Positions 61,732-64,000 of a stretch of DNA of 64,000 bases are shown in pieces (position 1 is the stretch's first letter; the number at the start of each line of letters is the position of its first letter). Position numbers and translations under genes: made by a program. The notes under the pieces are model-generated. The model saw nothing but the letters and a program-made list of their open reading frames with translations, was not told the origin of the DNA and searched no databases. The DNA is from an uncultured Pseudomonadota bacterium (GTDB lineage Bacteria > Pseudomonadota > Alphaproteobacteria > Rhizobiales > Xanthobacteraceae). The DNA lies in assembly GCA_963819325.1 (NCBI GenBank), contig CAWFVT010000004.1, positions 58,786 through 122,785 on the forward strand, written 5' to 3'.

Positions 61732-61803
61732 GTCTGCCGCTCACTGGTCGCAAAATGTGGCTTTAGCGCGGGTGCTGCTGCTTGCGTGTGGCGTTGCTAC
61801 CTT
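61732..61803 (+). pseudogene. Third, heavily decayed 5' fragment of the SGNH-like gene
   Basis: cgctcactggt-cgcaaaatgtggcttt...ggtgctgctgct...tgtggcgttgctacc matches ~46708-46775 and ~25735-25799. Confidence 0.7.
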
Positions 61804-61945
61804 CCCACCGCAATTAGGGAGCTAGAAAGATAGCGCTGATCCAATTCATTTGTCGCTCCGGCCTCCCAAGCGGTAGTACAGCCTTCGACTTGCGGGCTAT
61901 GAGTTGCACCGCGGCCCCGCAAAAAAGATGCCCAATCTGGTCGGC

Positions 61946-62272
61946 CTCAGATGCAAATCCACCATCATTAGTAACGGTATCATTCTAGGCTTTGTAACCG
62001 TTCAACGCCAAGGCCCCCAGCACGGGCTGGTTGCGATCCGTGTCGACCAATGCCGATATAGTAGAACGAGCTCTCCTTGGTCCGGGGCGGGGTGGTCGCC
62101 CTGGGTAAAAAATATCTCAAAGCCGGACTGCTCCATCATATGCGGTAGATATCGACCGTCGACCCCGGGTTGTTTTCTTGCAAGACGATCACGCCCTCTT
62201 CGGCAAATGATTGCCTACGGTCTCGAAGAAGTCTCTGGATTCGCCAATTCGGATCGCGTGCGCGAATGTCGC
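61946..62272 (-). pseudogene. Frameshifted partial copy of methyltransferase 58774..59529
   Basis: Shared blocks ctcagatgcaaatc, gtagaacgagct, gggtaaaaaatatctcaaagccgga, gttgttttcttgcaagac, tgcgcgaatgtcgc. Confidence 0.85.
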
Positions 62273-62833
62273 GCCATATCGGCCATCAGGGATAACAAGT
62301 TTCGAGCGTTAAAGGCTACGGGATCGAGAGCGCGAAAGTCAACACGATGCCCAACGGATGTACGGTTTCCCGCGCCGCTGGGTTTGGACATCGGTCGGTC
62401 CTGACGAATCGGTTCTTCCGCAAGCGCGTCCAATGGGGTGCACAGCATAATCCAGCCGCAGACTGCGACGGGGCAAAGCTATAATGGATTCGGCAACTGC
62501 CAGACCGCTGGCGTCGATGTACACCCCAAATTGCCGATTTTCGGCCGCAATCAACCGTTGAGTGCCGGCGCTGATCGTATATCCCCGCCGGACTATCGAC
62601 ATCTTATCATCGGGCTGGTAGTCCGCTCCGCGTGTCTGAGAGGATTTCAGGCTTAAGCGGGAACATCGGCCCTTGGGATTGGGTTGGAAAGTACTTATGA
62701 TCGAATTTGGCTTGCCTGCAAGGACGGCCTCCTGAATCGCCGCTCAGGTTGGCTCGGTGTTGACATTCCGGAGCGGGACTTCTGCGGTGCGCGATCCGGG
62801 CTCATTAGACAAAGATTCAATTTGATCGTTGAA

Positions 62834-64000
62834 ATGGCCGCGATAAGAAGCAATTCTCATCTGCTTGGAAACTCTGCGTGGAATGCGGGCGCTTTTTTCG
62901 TAGGCGTGGGACTAAATTTGTTGATTCTTCCGTTTGTGTTATTCCGGCTGGGGGCCGCCGCATTCGGTGTCGCCGGTTTGGTAACAGCATGCATTGCGCC
63001 GGCATTGGGGTTCAGTAATGCTCTCGCGTTGTCAACGACGCGGGAGCTGGCCCAGCGATTGTTGCCTGGCGAGCGCGATGACGCGCGTCGCTTCTTTGCA
63101 ACGGCGTTATTGTTGGCGGGCGCAGGAGGTTTGCCGATCGCGATCGTGCTCTCACTGGCCGGTCCAGTGCTCGCACATCATGTCTTTCATCTGCGCAGCG
63201 AATCGGCAAACGATCTTGCACTTGCCTTTGTCTTCGGGGCGGCTGGATGGCTATGCCAGTGTATCTCTTCGGTGTTTCTTGCCCTTTTTGCTGCGCGTCA
63301 GGACTATGCGCGGTTGGCTTCGATTAACGTCGTGAGCACCGTTGCTTCAACCCTATCGATGGTGGTGCTCATACCACGCTGGCCACAAGCATCGACGTTT
63401 CTCGGATGCCAGGCGATGGGCTTTGCCACAGGACTCTTGGCGTCATTTGTTCTTTCCCGCTTGGCAGTGGGCGAATGGGTCGCGGGTCCCATATTTCATC
63501 GCCGACCACTTTGGGGTCTCGTTAATCTCGGAGCCTGGCAGTTCGCCGCTCAGTGCGGTAGTCTGATCGCGGGCCAGGCGGACCGATATCTGCTTGGCGC
63601 GTTTCTCGCACCGCAATTCGTCGGATATTATACAATCGCCCAACGTCTCGAAGAAGCAATGTATATCGGCGTCTTGAAGATCGGCGAAATACTGTTTCCC
63701 TTTTTTAGTTCAATCCAAAAGGAACAGGACGATCGAATTGCCGACCTTCTGTTTCGCGCCTCCTGGGTGTTGAATCTTTTGGCGGCTGTCGTACTTGGGG
63801 CACTCATTCCTGTTGCCGGCCCGTTACTTCATGCCTGGACAGGAGAAGAAGTCGCCATGGAGACCCAGGGGCTGCTCGTTGTGCTGGCCGTCGCGGGAAT
63901 GCTAGGGTGCGCGTCGAACGTATTTGCCTACTACCTTCTGGCAAATGGCAGGTCGCGTTCCAACGCCATGATCGCACTGGTAACGGCGGTGGTCACTCTC
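62834..64000 (+). CDS. Wzx-like oligosaccharide flippase (runs off window edge)
   Basis: Hand translation MAAIRSNSHLLGNSAWNAGAFFVGVGLNLLILPFVLFRLGAAAFG...ADRYLLGAFLAPQFVGYYTIAQRL...LFPFFS. Confidence 0.82.
   Translation, partial: MAAIRSNSHLLGNSAWNAGAFFVGVGLNLLILPFVLFRLGAAAFGVAGLVTACIAPALGFSNALALSTTRELAQRLLPGERDDARRFFATALLLAGAGGLPIAIVLSLAGPVLAHHVFHLRSESANDLALAFVFGAAGWLCQCISSVFLALFAARQDYARLASINVVSTVASTLSMVVLIPRWPQASTFLGCQAMGFATGLLASFVLSRLAVGEWVAGPIFHRRPLWGLVNLGAWQFAAQCGSLIAGQADRYLLGAFLAPQFVGYYTIAQRLEEAMYIGVLKIGEILFPFFSSIQKEQDDRIADLLFRASWVLNLLAAVVLGALIPVAGPLLHAWTGEEVAMETQGLLVVLAVAGMLGCASNVFAYYLLANGRSRSNAMIALVTAVVTL

Noticed and set aside
62339-62602. Possible LysR C-terminal relic
   Set aside because: Only a vague VRRGYTI resemblance; cannot be supported
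1-64000. tRNA, rRNA, integrase or att sites
   Set aside because: None recognised by eye; short att repeats could have been missed

Overview
GC-rich alphaproteobacterial chromosomal window; gene content and intergenic repeats look Bradyrhizobium-like (inference). 1-21 kb is mostly core or metabolic: TAXI receptor, phasin, an ACP/two-ligase/SDR/GNAT-like acyl-transfer cluster, orphan soxCD, DUF1800/DUF1501, MFS, Kup, cytochrome c, Nramp and arginase. 21.7-27.3 kb is a decayed phage-like segment carrying an MBOAT plus SGNH-like O-acylation pair. 28.2-33.1 kb is the best candidate for a new system: a STAND-type (Zn ribbon-class III cyclase-AAA-TPR) gene, an unknown 129-aa gene, a Crp with an intact cNMP pocket, a perfect TGTGA-N6-TCACA box and a small membrane-protein gene behind it. 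37-52 kb is a GntR-associated catabolic cluster with two serine-glyoxylate-type aminotransferases and a frameshifted FAD/Fe-S oxidoreductase, interrupted by a 4.4 kb accessory stretch. 52-64 kb is an apparently lower-GC region of surface-glycan modification genes, IS relics and duplicated pseudogene fragments. I saw no rRNA, tRNA or CRISPR array. All family calls come from motif recognition by eye, not database searches.
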